Positions 20,319 through 29,303 are shown, numbered from the stretch's first letter. The stretch is DNA of 64,000 nucleotides from a virus (IMGVR_UViG_3300035659_000001); one strand, 5' to 3'. The notes: generated from the letters alone by a model not told the origin. Numbers and translations: made by a program.

Positions 20319-20579
20319 ATGTCACATAGTTTTCGTGCGCCATGGTTCGTCGATGGGTACGGATCAACACGTAAAAAATGGCAAAAACGGTATGCAAACA
20401 AAAGAGTTCGTAAAACTCTTGATGTACCAAATGGCAAAGCATATCGAAAAATTACTGACCCATGGAATATCGTAGATTATCGTTTCAGTTGGAATGCTCA
20501 TCCTATTTATTACTTTTCTTTTAACGGAGAAATGAAGGTCATCGAACCTACGCCTAAATGGAAAGCAATAAGAAAATAA
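20319..20579 (+). CDS. Small basic hypothetical protein
   Basis: AAGGAG SD; MSHSFR..KRYANKRVRK. Confidence 0.7.
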   Translation: MSHSFRAPWFVDGYGSTRKKWQKRYANKRVRKTLDVPNGKAYRKITDPWNIVDYRFSWNAHPIYYFSFNGEMKVIEPTPKWKAIRK

Positions 20580-20584
20580 TTTAT

Positions 20585-20675
20585 ATGTCAGAGGCTACTA
20601 TCGGTTGTGTAGCAACAGTCTGTAAAACTGTTCTCATTTGAGTAAACATTGGAAGTTCGACTCTTCCCTGACATA
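20585..20675 (+). tRNA. tRNA-Tyr (GUA), atypical 5' junction
   Basis: ACAGT-CTGTAAA-ACTGT, long variable arm, GGAAG-TTCGACT-CTTCC. Confidence 0.8.
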
Positions 20676-20710
20676 TTTGTAAACTCTTGATATTTTTTAT
20701 AGAAAACAAT

Positions 20711-21082
20711 ATGATTTTATTACATGAAGATAAACAAAAAATTAGAGAACTATATCAGTCAGGGTTATTAAATAAAGATATAGCCAAATTAGGTTATAAT
20801 GATAGACAAATAAGCAAGGCAATTAAAGATATTAGACGAAGTAGACATCAAACATTACTAATATCTTATGCTAAAAACAATAGAAAGAATGTTTTAAATT
20901 CTTTTACATTAAAAAATAGATGTGATAAATGTAATAAATTTTTTAATAAAGGTAATTTTGATCGACATACATGCATTAGTGATAAAATAATCGACGAAAT
21001 TTATAGTTTATATAAATCAGGTTTGTCTCATAGAGACATTAAAAAACTCGGATATAACAATCAATCAATGCTAAACCTATAA
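20711..21082 (+). pseudogene. N-terminal fragment of a homing-endonuclease paralog
   Basis: IRELYQSGL, CDKCNKFFNKGNFDRHTC closely resemble the 22660 ORF; no nuclease domain. Confidence 0.65.
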
Positions 21083-22071
21083 TTGATGAGCAAACGAATA
21101 AACTATCTGAAACTATTAATAGTGGTAAATATGATGATCTTGGCAATATTGCCGCTGAGTTTGATTGGCGTTTACACTCAAAATTAACTATAGATTCTTT
21201 GAATGATCCAAAAAGCATAGCTGCTAATTTGAAAAAATATATCGCTAATAAATCTAGTTATGAAACAGATAGTAGAATTCGTAATGAATGGCGCGAAGAA
21301 CATCCTATAGGTACAAACACTGAACCTTTTAGTGGTGGTGTTGAAGAAGAAGATGAACAGGAAATAGAAAAACATGTGAAGGTTAGTCCTAAATTAGTTA
21401 AAGACTTTATAGATGCAATGTCTAAACATTTTCAAGCAGTTGATGAACATAAACAAAAATATGACGAATTTACAAAAACTGAAGAGTTTAAACAAACAAA
21501 TAAAAAGGCGCTTATTCAGCAAAGTTTGAAACGCGGTATAAGTTATGACAAGAATAAATTTAAATTAACATCAAAAGGTATCAAACCTACTGATCCAATT
21601 GCTAAAACTTTTAAAGCTAGTTTTAATTATCCTGAAGTTACTGATGATGATACACCAGAATCTTATGCTAAAAAGTTGCAAGAACGTTTAGATTTAGTTT
21701 CTGGAAAAATACCTGCGCCTAAACATGAAGCTTCTGGCTCATTTTATGATTGGGGACAAGCTGTTGATTGGGGTGATGATACATCTTCAGAACTATTTAC
21801 ATTAGATCCAGATAATGCAAATGATTTGGCTGATCAATTAGATGAAATATCTAAATTAATAACTAAGAGTCCAAATGCAACTAGTCAATCAGATAATGAT
21901 ATATCTATAGATCTGTATGATCCAACTATAGATGACGCACAGCCAACTGAAAATAACACAATTGGTAGCTTTACTATTGATATTACAAAAACAGATCCTC
22001 AATATTATAAAGATGCAGCTGTTATGGTCAGAAAATATAAAGATTTTGCTTTTGACACTGAGATAGATTAA
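21058..22071 (+). pseudogene. Acidic protein lacking its N-terminus
   Basis: Frame open from 21058 with no ATG/SD; first possible start is TTG 21199. Confidence 0.55.
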
Positions 22072-22077
22072 TATTTA

Positions 22078-22112
22078 AATTCCATGTGAACTATAAATGT
22101 TCACATGGAATT
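22078..22112. repeat. Perfect 14-bp inverted repeat
   Basis: AATTCCATGTGAAC-tataaat-GTTCACATGGAATT. Confidence 0.85.
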
Positions 22113-22135
22113 ATGATGCACATTTTTCTACTATA

Positions 22136-22171
22136 AAATCTACATTACTTTCGTCTAAATCTACATTACTT
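22136..22171. repeat. 15-bp direct repeat x2 upstream of tRNA cluster
   Basis: AAATCTACATTACTT at 22136 and 22157. Confidence 0.8.
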
Positions 22172-22190
22172 CAATATTTCAAAAATACAC

Positions 22191-22278
22191 TGCGCAGTCC
22201 AGTAGCCTGGTTAGCTGGGGAGCCTCATAAGCTTCTGGTCCCATAAGGACCTCGTCGGTTCAAATCCGACCTGCGCTA
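22191..22278 (+). tRNA. tRNA-Met (CAU), initiator-like, with long variable arm
   Basis: 1:72 mismatch; GGAGC-CTCATAA-GCTTC; extra GGTCC-CATAA-GGACC stem. Confidence 0.8.
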
Positions 22279-22287
22279 TTTATTCAT

Positions 22288-22447
22288 GTCTCTGTGGCAT
22301 AGAGGATGTGCACCAGAAAAAACGGAGCTGGCACTTTAAAAGAGACAATAGACATTTTCTTTTTGTAGATTTTTATGTGCGGCAGGAATCGCGTTTCCTA
22401 ATGGAATATTTATTATTGTTACGTGAGTTCGATTCTCACCAGAGACA
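22288..22447 (+). ncRNA. tRNA-Arg(ACG)-like RNA with about 90-nt structured insertion
   Basis: GTCTCTG/CAGAGAC acceptor, D arm and T arm intact; CCAG-AAAAAACGGAG-CTGG arm. Confidence 0.65.
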
Positions 22448-22457
22448 AAAATCATAA

Positions 22458-22537
22458 GCCCTAATGGAGGAATTGGAAGACTCGCAACTTTTAGAAAGTT
22501 GTGCGAAAGCGTGTAGGTTCAAGTCCTACTTGGGGCA
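22458..22537 (+). tRNA. tRNA-Leu (UAG)
   Basis: CAACT-TTTAGAA-AGTTG, variable arm, A73. Confidence 0.9.
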
Positions 22538-22659
22538 ATATATTCAAAGTAAAATTGATGAAAAAATTAGTATAAAATTTAAGCTCAAGCAGCGGAAAGC
22601 AGATACAAGGTAAAAATGTTTCTAATTCTGATATTGAGTATTTTATGAAATGAAATTTT

Positions 22660-23811
22660 ATGAATAAAATTATGTGCGATAAATGTAAGAAGTCATTTAG
22701 TAAGTCAAATTTTAGTAGACATGTTTGCCCTAGTGATGATGATATTAACAATATTAGAAACTTATATAGTGCAGGCTTAACTTTAAGACAAGTTAAAAGA
22801 AAAGGATATTCGAGACATTTGATTGATTATGCGTTAAAAGATTGTTGCACATCTCTAAGCAGAGCAATGACGCTTTCTCATAAAAATAAGCCTCGTAAAT
22901 TATCAGATACAACAAAAGAGAAAATACGTCAAAAACAAGTGGCATATTTAAAATTAAAAACAAGAGAAACAGCAATTGAACGTAGGCAAAAAGGAAAAAT
23001 GAGTTATGGAGAACAATGGTTGCATGATTTATTTGTTAAAAATGATATTTATAAAAAATATGATGTTGTAAATGAGTATTGTGAGTATCCATATTTTTTG
23101 GATTTCGCTTTTATAAACGAAAAAGTAGATGTTGAATTTGATGGTAATTGGCATTTTGTAAAAAGTGGTCAAGATCATGATAGAAAGCGCGATGAATATT
23201 TACAACAAAAAGGTTGGAGAATATATAGAATAGCTCATCATGAAATTAAAAACTTTAATTTACAATTATTAATTGAATTTATAGGAAATGCAAATAAGAA
23301 AAAACATTCTTATGAATTAATTAAATATTGTGATCTTCGCAAAGAAAAGAAATTACAAAACATAAAGAAAAAGCAACAAAAAAAACAACAAAAATTTCAA
23401 GAAAAACAAAAGAGAAAAATTAATGCAAAAAATATTAAAAAAAGTTTAATTGAGTATAAAGAATTAATTATACAACAATCAATAAACAATGTATTTAAAT
23501 CAAACATTGATTTTTCAAAATTTGGTTGGGTGAATAAAGTTGCTAAAATAATAGGACAACATCCACAAAAAGTTAATAAATGGATGAAAAAATATATGTT
23601 TAGTTTTTATAAAACTAAATGCTTTAAAAAAGTAAAACATAACAAGACAATAACAGATGTGATTCTAAATCAAATAATAGATGATTACAAAAACAATGTC
23701 GCTTTATATCAGATTTGTCAAAAATATAATTTAGGTAGTAAAAAAATTAATAGATTACTATTAAATAACAATATTAATCTTAGAAAAAAAGGATATAATT
23801 TTACACGATAA
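22660..23811 (+). CDS. DUF559/Vsr-like putative homing endonuclease
   Basis: SYGE..NEYCEYPYFLDFAF..VEFDGNWH..DRKRD..GWRIYRI. Confidence 0.8.
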   Translation: MNKIMCDKCKKSFSKSNFSRHVCPSDDDINNIRNLYSAGLTLRQVKRKGYSRHLIDYALKDCCTSLSRAMTLSHKNKPRKLSDTTKEKIRQKQVAYLKLKTRETAIERRQKGKMSYGEQWLHDLFVKNDIYKKYDVVNEYCEYPYFLDFAFINEKVDVEFDGNWHFVKSGQDHDRKRDEYLQQKGWRIYRIAHHEIKNFNLQLLIEFIGNANKKKHSYELIKYCDLRKEKKLQNIKKKQQKKQQKFQEKQKRKINAKNIKKSLIEYKELIIQQSINNVFKSNIDFSKFGWVNKVAKIIGQHPQKVNKWMKKYMFSFYKTKCFKKVKHNKTITDVILNQIIDDYKNNVALYQICQKYNLGSKKINRLLLNNNINLRKKGYNFTR

Positions 23812-23835
23812 ATGTTCTCTTAAGTTGTACAAAAC

Positions 23836-23860
23836 AGAAGTTCAACTCTTCTCAATCCCA
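23836..23860 (+). pseudogene. Orphan tRNA 3' fragment (T arm + acceptor strand)
   Basis: AGAAG-TTCAACT-CTTCT-CAATCCCA without a 5' half. Confidence 0.5.
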
Positions 23861-23865
23861 TTCAA

Positions 23866-23949
23866 GCTCGCGTGACGCAACAGGCAGACGTAACAAACTT
23901 AAAATTTGTCGACCAAACGGTCATACCAGTTCAATTCTGGTCGCGAGTA
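23866..23949 (+). tRNA. tRNA-Leu (UAA)
   Basis: ACAAA-CTTAAAA-TTTGT, variable arm, A73. Confidence 0.9.
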
Positions 23950-23957
23950 TGTTTCTT

Positions 23958-24041
23958 GCTAAGATGGCGGAATTGGCATACGCTCTATGTTCACCATAGT
24001 CCTCTTCAAAGAGGGTAAGAGTTCAAGTCTCTTTCTTAGCA
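23958..24041 (+). tRNA. Leu-type tRNA body with abnormal anticodon loop (TTCAC; UCA if read as a 7-nt loop)
   Basis: GCTAAGA/TCTTAGC A73, Leu-like D loop and V arm; CTATG-TTCAC-CATAG. Confidence 0.65.
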
Positions 24042-24053
24042 TTTATTACATTA

Positions 24054-24147
24054 AGGTGAGAGACAGTGGGCGGTCAGTCCACTCGTGGATAAAAGGAAAC
24101 TTTCCGAAAGGTTCCATCGGTCGTCTAACTACGTAAGACACTCACCT
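24054..24147 (+). ncRNA. Unassigned structured RNA (multi-stem junction)
   Basis: AGGTGAG/CTCACCT closing stem with three internal hairpins; GC-rich, between tRNAs. Confidence 0.55.
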
Positions 24148-24163
24148 GTTAAAATTCATTTTT

Positions 24164-24238
24164 GGGCCCGTAGCTCAGTTTAGTAGCAGCATTTCACTTT
24201 TAATGAAAGGGTCGACAGTGCAAATCTGTCCGGGCTCA
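24164..24238 (+). tRNA. tRNA-Lys (UUU)
   Basis: GGGCCCG/CGGGCTC; TTTCA-CTTTTAA-TGAAA. Confidence 0.9.
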
Positions 24239-24324
24239 TTATTCAAGTTTCTCGTCTTCCGCAATTACAAGTAGGTTCAAGTTCACACAGATAATATTCA
24301 TTTGATAATTCGATAACACGTAAA

Positions 24325-24407
24325 GGAGTGTTAGCATAACTGGTAATGCACCTGATTTGAGATCAGGCGCCCGAAAGGGCTTGTGGGTTCGAGTCCTACA
24401 CTCTCCG
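24325..24407 (+). tRNA. tRNA-Ser (UGA)
   Basis: CCTGA-TTTGAGA-TCAGG, long V arm, G73. Confidence 0.9.
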
Positions 24408-24431
24408 TTATTACATGTTCAAAGGATTCAA

Positions 24432-25225
24432 ATGATTTGGCATGAAAATGAAGAATTACTTAAAAAGCTTGTAATCGAATCTAGATCTTATGCTCAATTA
24501 TTAAGAAAAATTGGTTTGCGAGATTCTGGATGCAATTATCTTACATTAAAAAGAGCGTTATTAAAATTTGGAATTGAATTTATAGCTGCTAATGAAAAAG
24601 TCATTTCAAAAAAAATGACGATGGAAGAAATATTAGTTGAAAATTCAACTTATGCAAATACTAAAACACTTAAACTGCGACTACTTAAAGACCACTATTT
24701 TGAATATAAATGTTACAGTTGTAATAATACTAAATGGTTAGGAAAGAAAATACCTTTACAATTAGAACATATAAATGGCTGTAGAACTGATAATAGATTA
24801 AAAAATTTATCTTTACTTTGTCCTAATTGTCATGCTCAAACAGAAACATATTGCGGTAAAAATAAAGGTAAATATAAACATTTTATGATTCTAAAAGACA
24901 ATAGATACAATGAATTGCAAGAAAAAAAATAGAAAAGAAATTAGAAAGAAAAGAAAAACGATTAAGACAACAAGAAGAAGCATTGGTAAGACAAACTGAA
25001 AAATCAAAATTGAATGAAAAGCAATTATTAATAAATAAAAGAATTGAAGATGTAAAACGTGTTGGTCAAAAATGGGGATATATTTCAGAATTATCTGGTT
25101 TATGGAATATTTCACATACATCTGTTAGAAGATTTCTAGAAAGACATTGTCCGGATTTATTCCCTCTTTTAAATATAATAATTATGTGTTTGTATCTAAA
25201 AGAAACATTGATAAGCGCGATATAA
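24432..25225 (+). pseudogene. HNH homing endonuclease with frameshift in A8 run near 24922-24929
   Basis: CYSC..LQLEHINGCRTDNRLKNLSLLCPNCH; the other frame continues into the WGYISELS..SHTSVRRFLE tail shared with 19083. Confidence 0.7.
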
Positions 25226-25608
25226 GTTTTAATAGTTTTGTACAAACTTGTCTTGACATAGGCTACAGTGATTTTCTTTTAAGTAATGTAGAAGAATTAC
25301 AAGTTCATTATATAGGTAACTGCAAACCCTCAGTTGATACGCCCATACAGTTATTGTTGTATCAATACTATAAACATATAAGATTTATGATTCATTCGCA
25401 TACGTATATAAAAAATGCATCGTTTACACATGAAATTATACCTTGTGGTGCTATTGATGAATTTTATGAAATCATCAAGATATTTCCTGATTATACTCTT
25501 ACTAATATACAACTTAATTTAAAAGGTCATGGTTCAATTGTAATGGTAAGACATTTAGAAGACTTAAGAAACATTCAATATATACCACGAATAATTCCGG
25601 AAATTTAA
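25147..25608 (+). pseudogene. Class II aldolase/adducin-like C-terminal fragment
   Basis: PSVDT, MIHSHTY, PCGA, LKGHG motifs; no proper start. Confidence 0.5.
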
Positions 25609-25836
25609 AATGAAAAATTGTGATGAACACGAAATGTTTGTAATGAAGGGCTGTTTTCCAGCTGAGTTTCTTAGATCAATAGGCATGATTGAAGCAGAAA
25701 TTCCTACATAACGAAGAAATTCGTGGTATTCAAGCTTTGCCTGATGGACCAATTAGCATTAAGCTTTTAGAACGTTTTCAACAAGGAAGTCAATGATGAT
25801 TAAAGACTTAATGGAAGAGGAAGATAAATAGTGCTA

Positions 25837-26592
25837 ATGAAAAAATCTAAACTTTATATTAAAAAGATAATTATAAAAAGTAAAAAACATTATGGAATAA
25901 TTTATTGTGCTGAAAATAAGATTAATAAAAAGAAATATATCGGACAAACTATTTTGTCTTTAGAAAAAAGAAAAGCGAAACATGAAAAAAGAAGCAAGTC
26001 AATATACCCTTTTCATAGAGCTTTAATTAAATATGGTAATGACGCTTTTATTTGGTCTGTATTAAAAAAATGTAAAAGTTTAAACGATCTAAATAAAAAA
26101 GAAATTTATTTTATAAAAAAATTTAAAATTAGAGAATTTGGTTATAACCTTGCTCCGGGAGGAAATGGATTTATTCCAGAGAAACATAGCAAAAAACATT
26201 CTATTAGAAGCAGAGAAAAAATTAGTTTAGCTGTTCAAAAGTCATTAAAAAATCCTATTACTAAATTAAGAAAAGCAATAGCAACAAAAAGATACTGGTT
26301 AAAGCCTGAGTCTCATGAGAAATTAAGTAAAGCTATTAAAAAACTATGGCAAAACAAGGATTATCAAGATAAGATAACTCGATCGCAGTCTGAAAGGTTT
26401 AAAAAGTTATGGCAAACTGATGATTATAGAATGAAACAAGCTGAACTACACAAACAAAGATGGTTAAATAAAGCTGACGCTGAAAAAATGTTGCGAGGAT
26501 TTAAAACTCAATTTAAAGACCCAAAAAATCGTGAAAAACAAAGTAAAAGATTAAAAGAATATTGGATAAGAAAAAAAGGAAAAATAGAATGA
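25837..26592 (+). CDS. GIY-YIG homing endonuclease
   Basis: GIIYCAENKINKKKYIGQT..R..H, E.YFI, GYNLAPGG. Confidence 0.85.
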   Translation: MKKSKLYIKKIIIKSKKHYGIIYCAENKINKKKYIGQTILSLEKRKAKHEKRSKSIYPFHRALIKYGNDAFIWSVLKKCKSLNDLNKKEIYFIKKFKIREFGYNLAPGGNGFIPEKHSKKHSIRSREKISLAVQKSLKNPITKLRKAIATKRYWLKPESHEKLSKAIKKLWQNKDYQDKITRSQSERFKKLWQTDDYRMKQAELHKQRWLNKADAEKMLRGFKTQFKDPKNREKQSKRLKEYWIRKKGKIE

Positions 26593-26795
26593 ATGTTTTC
26601 TTAGGAAGTATATTTAATTTTATTGAAAATCAAAAATTAGATGGCATAATGAATGCAGCAAATGGCATTGGAGTAATGGGTGCAGGGATTGCCGGTGCAA
26701 TTAAAAATGCAGGAGGATATGAAATTCAAGCTGATGCTTTTCATGTTTGTAAGAAATTAGATCTTAATTTCAAGTTGTGTAGTTCCTCAATGTAA
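26589..26795 (+). pseudogene. Macro domain N-terminal fragment
   Basis: IMNAANGIGVMGAGIAGAIKNAGG; ends after about 60 aa of the fold. Confidence 0.75.
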
Positions 26796-26966
26796 ACTAG
26801 CTTTTTCTGGTCAAGAAATACCATTTAAAGTTTCATATTCTGACAATAAATTATTTTTCTCTTATTTTGCTAAAACAAATAAGCATGAATATTTAATTAC
26901 AATATCACAAGATACAGTATTTAAGACTTTTATAGACTCTAGTCATTCCGAGAAAGGAAATGAAAA

Positions 26967-27158
26967 ATGGAAGCATATCAAGAGCGAGTAGTTTTAGAGA
27001 AAAATGAACTTGACGAGAAAATCAGTAAGCTGTCTACTTTTATTAGTTCGGAAAAGTTTTCGAGCGTAAAAGAAGACGAAGTCAATCGTCTTAGGAATCA
27101 GCTTTCTATTATGATTGATTATTCAAATATTCTTGGCGAAAGAATCTCAAACTTTTAA
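26967..27158 (+). CDS. Small coiled-coil phage protein (crAss001_48-like)
   Basis: YQERVVLEKNELDEKISKL..QLSIM..Y..IL.ERI. Confidence 0.65.
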   Translation: MEAYQERVVLEKNELDEKISKLSTFISSEKFSSVKEDEVNRLRNQLSIMIDYSNILGERISNF

Positions 27159-27594
27159 ACCGAAGAGGCGCAACGGGATAAAAAAGATTGTAGTTCAAAA
27201 CGTCAAGCCTTTGGCGGACGTTGTATGCCATAATTTTTCATCTGGAGATTATATGCCCGCCGAAGAGTTCTATCAACCGAATGAGTCAGGATCATTTACT
27301 TATGTTTTACAAAACAATAAATTAGCAAAGATAAGTATTGTTGATATCATAAACAAGCAACAAGAATCTTTTGAGATTAATTCTATACAAATTGAAAAGT
27401 AATAATTATTTTATAATTTCTAAAATAATACATGGTAGTGATTATCGGAAGTGCTCTTGGAGTTGTCTAGTTGTAAATAGAAACGTTGAAGAGAGAAGTT
27501 ACTTTTGTAACGATCAATAATTAGCAAATATTGTACTCTTAGTGGTCAATGATCATAATGGTTATTGACCACTTAATTTAACAAAAAGGATTGT

Positions 27595-27708
27595 ATGAGT
27601 TTCATTATTCGATTTTTACTTGAAGCATTTGCAACATCTGTTGTACTAGCCACAATTGCAACGTTTGCTATTACAGTGATTAATACAAGGAGATCACATA
27701 GAACTTAG
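27595..27708 (+). CDS. Putative Ile/Thr-rich leader peptide, 37 aa
   Basis: AAGGA SD; MSFIIRFLLEAFATSVVLATIATFAITVINTRRSHRT*. Confidence 0.6.
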   Translation: MSFIIRFLLEAFATSVVLATIATFAITVINTRRSHRT

Positions 27709-27770
27709 AGGTCAACTAAATACAAGGAAATATTTAAAGGGCCTCTAAAATGATTTAGGGGCCCTTTTTA
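27705..27770 (+). promoter_or_regulatory. Antiterminator/terminator (attenuator 1)
   Basis: TTAGAGGTC (27705-13) pairs GGCCTCTAA (27740-48), the 5' arm of terminator AAAGGGCCTCTAAA/TTTAGGGGCCCTTT-TT. Confidence 0.65.
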
Positions 27771-27781
27771 TTTGGTAAGGT

Positions 27782-27964
27782 ATGAAATATATGGAAAAAT
27801 TAATAGCTTTATTCTTGATATTACTGAATTGTTCTAGTAGTTTAGAGATAATAACCGATTCTATCCGAAATGTTCAAGAAATTAAAAGCAAAAAACAAAT
27901 TGTTAGAATAGATTCGACAATTGTTGATGGCAAAAAATTCTATGACGTACATTATAGGAACTAA
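27782..27964 (+). CDS. Small putative lipoprotein
   Basis: Hydrophobic N-terminus ending LLNC. Confidence 0.5.
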   Translation: MKYMEKLIALFLILLNCSSSLEIITDSIRNVQEIKSKKQIVRIDSTIVDGKKFYDVHYRN

Positions 27965-28033
27965 ATTATTATGACTTATTTGCTTGAAACAAAATTTTTA
28001 CAATATGATACGTTTACTGTTTAAGGAGCATGT

Positions 28034-28627
28034 ATGACCTCGGTTATTGTTTTAACTAGAGACTATCAATTTTGGGGAGAAATTGATTTAGAATCTAAAG
28101 GCAGACAAAGATTTTGGAAGTTATTATCAAAAGAAAAAATAGAAATCTTAGCTGCAGATGAATATGAAGAAATAGGTACTACATCTTTTAAAGTAAAAAA
28201 ACCGTTTGTTATTCGCTTACTAAAATTTGTAGGCTATAAAATAAAGAAATCAGAGATTAATTGGAGTGCTGAAGCTATTTTTGCAAGAGACAATAATGTA
28301 TGTCAATACTGGCATTATAATGAATATAGTAAGTCATTTAAATACCGTTGCAAAGATGGCGAAAGAACAATTGATCATTTAGAACCGAGGTCAAGAGGCG
28401 GAGAAAATACGTTTGAAAATACGGTCTGTGCATGTCATGACTGTAACGTGAATATTAAAAAAGATAGACCGCTAAAAGATACTGGTCTAAAATTAATAAG
28501 AAAGCCGTTTGTGCCAAAACAGAATAAAGATGATTTTGCAATTATAAAATTTGCGTATAATCCTAATAAACTATCACATAGAATATATGTTGAAAGAATA
28601 TTGGGAGGAGAAGTTTTAGGAGATTAG
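28034..28627 (+). CDS. HNH endonuclease (HNH_5-like)
   Basis: IFARDNNVCQY, TIDHLEPRSRGG.NTFENTVCACHDCN. Confidence 0.85.
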   Translation: MTSVIVLTRDYQFWGEIDLESKGRQRFWKLLSKEKIEILAADEYEEIGTTSFKVKKPFVIRLLKFVGYKIKKSEINWSAEAIFARDNNVCQYWHYNEYSKSFKYRCKDGERTIDHLEPRSRGGENTFENTVCACHDCNVNIKKDRPLKDTGLKLIRKPFVPKQNKDDFAIIKFAYNPNKLSHRIYVERILGGEVLGD

Positions 28628-28691
28628 CTCAGACAGTTAGAGCACAGTCCTGATAAGACTGAGGTGACTGGCGCGATACCAGTATCTCCTA
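28618..28691 (+). tRNA. tRNA-Ile (GAU)
   Basis: AGGAGAT/ATCTCCT; CAGTC-CTGATAA-GACTG; overlaps HNH stop. Confidence 0.85.
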
Positions 28692-28763
28692 TTTTTACAA
28701 TTTTAGAGTTGAATATGAACTTTATTTGTGACAATTAAGACAATTATGAAACAAGGAGCTTTT

Positions 28764-28940
28764 ATGATTGATGCTAAAATGTTAGTAGATAGTCAAGTTT
28801 GTGTTTCATTTGCAGAAGCTAGAAGTTTAATACAGAGTATGTCTGAAGAAAAACTAGTGCAACTATTGAAACAAAAGCAAGATCAACAATGGGGTCGTAA
28901 ACTTAAAAAATCTGTTAGATTAGTATGGCCTGAATTATGA
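28764..28940 (+). CDS. Hypothetical protein
   Basis: AAGGAG SD before MIDAK. Confidence 0.5.
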   Translation: MIDAKMLVDSQVCVSFAEARSLIQSMSEEKLVQLLKQKQDQQWGRKLKKSVRLVWPEL

Positions 28941-29188
28941 TTTATGTTGATGATTTGAAACAATATGATACTAAATTGAAAAATAAAACATGGTGTCATT
29001 TATGGGCTGATGATGTTTCAGAGTTACATGAATTTGCTCAGAAAATAGGTTTAAAACGCGAGTGGTTTCAAAATAAAAAATTATTTGCTCATTATGATTT
29101 AGTGTTAAATAAAAGAATATTAGCACTTGAAAACGGAGCAACATATATTAATTTAAAGCAATATTTAAAAACAAAAGTGCTACAGTAG
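28937..29188 (+). CDS. DUF4031-like protein
   Basis: IYVDD..WCHLWAD..ELHEFAQKIGLKREWFQ..HYDL. Confidence 0.85.
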   Translation: MIYVDDLKQYDTKLKNKTWCHLWADDVSELHEFAQKIGLKREWFQNKKLFAHYDLVLNKRILALENGATYINLKQYLKTKVLQ

Positions 29189-29251
29189 CTCAATTAGTAG
29201 AGTTCATCCTTTGTAACGATGATGTTGCGGGTGCGAGTCCTGCCTGTAGCT
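29179..29251 (+). tRNA. tRNA-Thr (UGU)
   Basis: GCTACAG/CTGTAGC; CATCC-TTTGTAA-CGATG. Confidence 0.85.
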
Positions 29252-29254
29252 TTT

Positions 29255-29292
29255 AAAACACGAGGTTGACAGTGCAAGTCTGTCCAGATCCA
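29255..29292 (+). pseudogene. Orphan tRNA 3' half
   Basis: ACACG-AGGTT-GACAG-TGCAAGT-CTGTC-CAGATCC-A, no 5' half. Confidence 0.6.
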
Positions 29293-29303
29293 TTATAGAT
29301 TTT

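Noticed and set aside
23958-24041. tRNA-Sec
   Set aside because: 7-bp acceptor, A73 and Leu-type D arm; no sel genes in the window
27432-27575. Val/Ile-rich 12-codon ORF and hairpin as another attenuator
   Set aside because: No SD, hairpin lacks a good U-tract and no alternative pairing found
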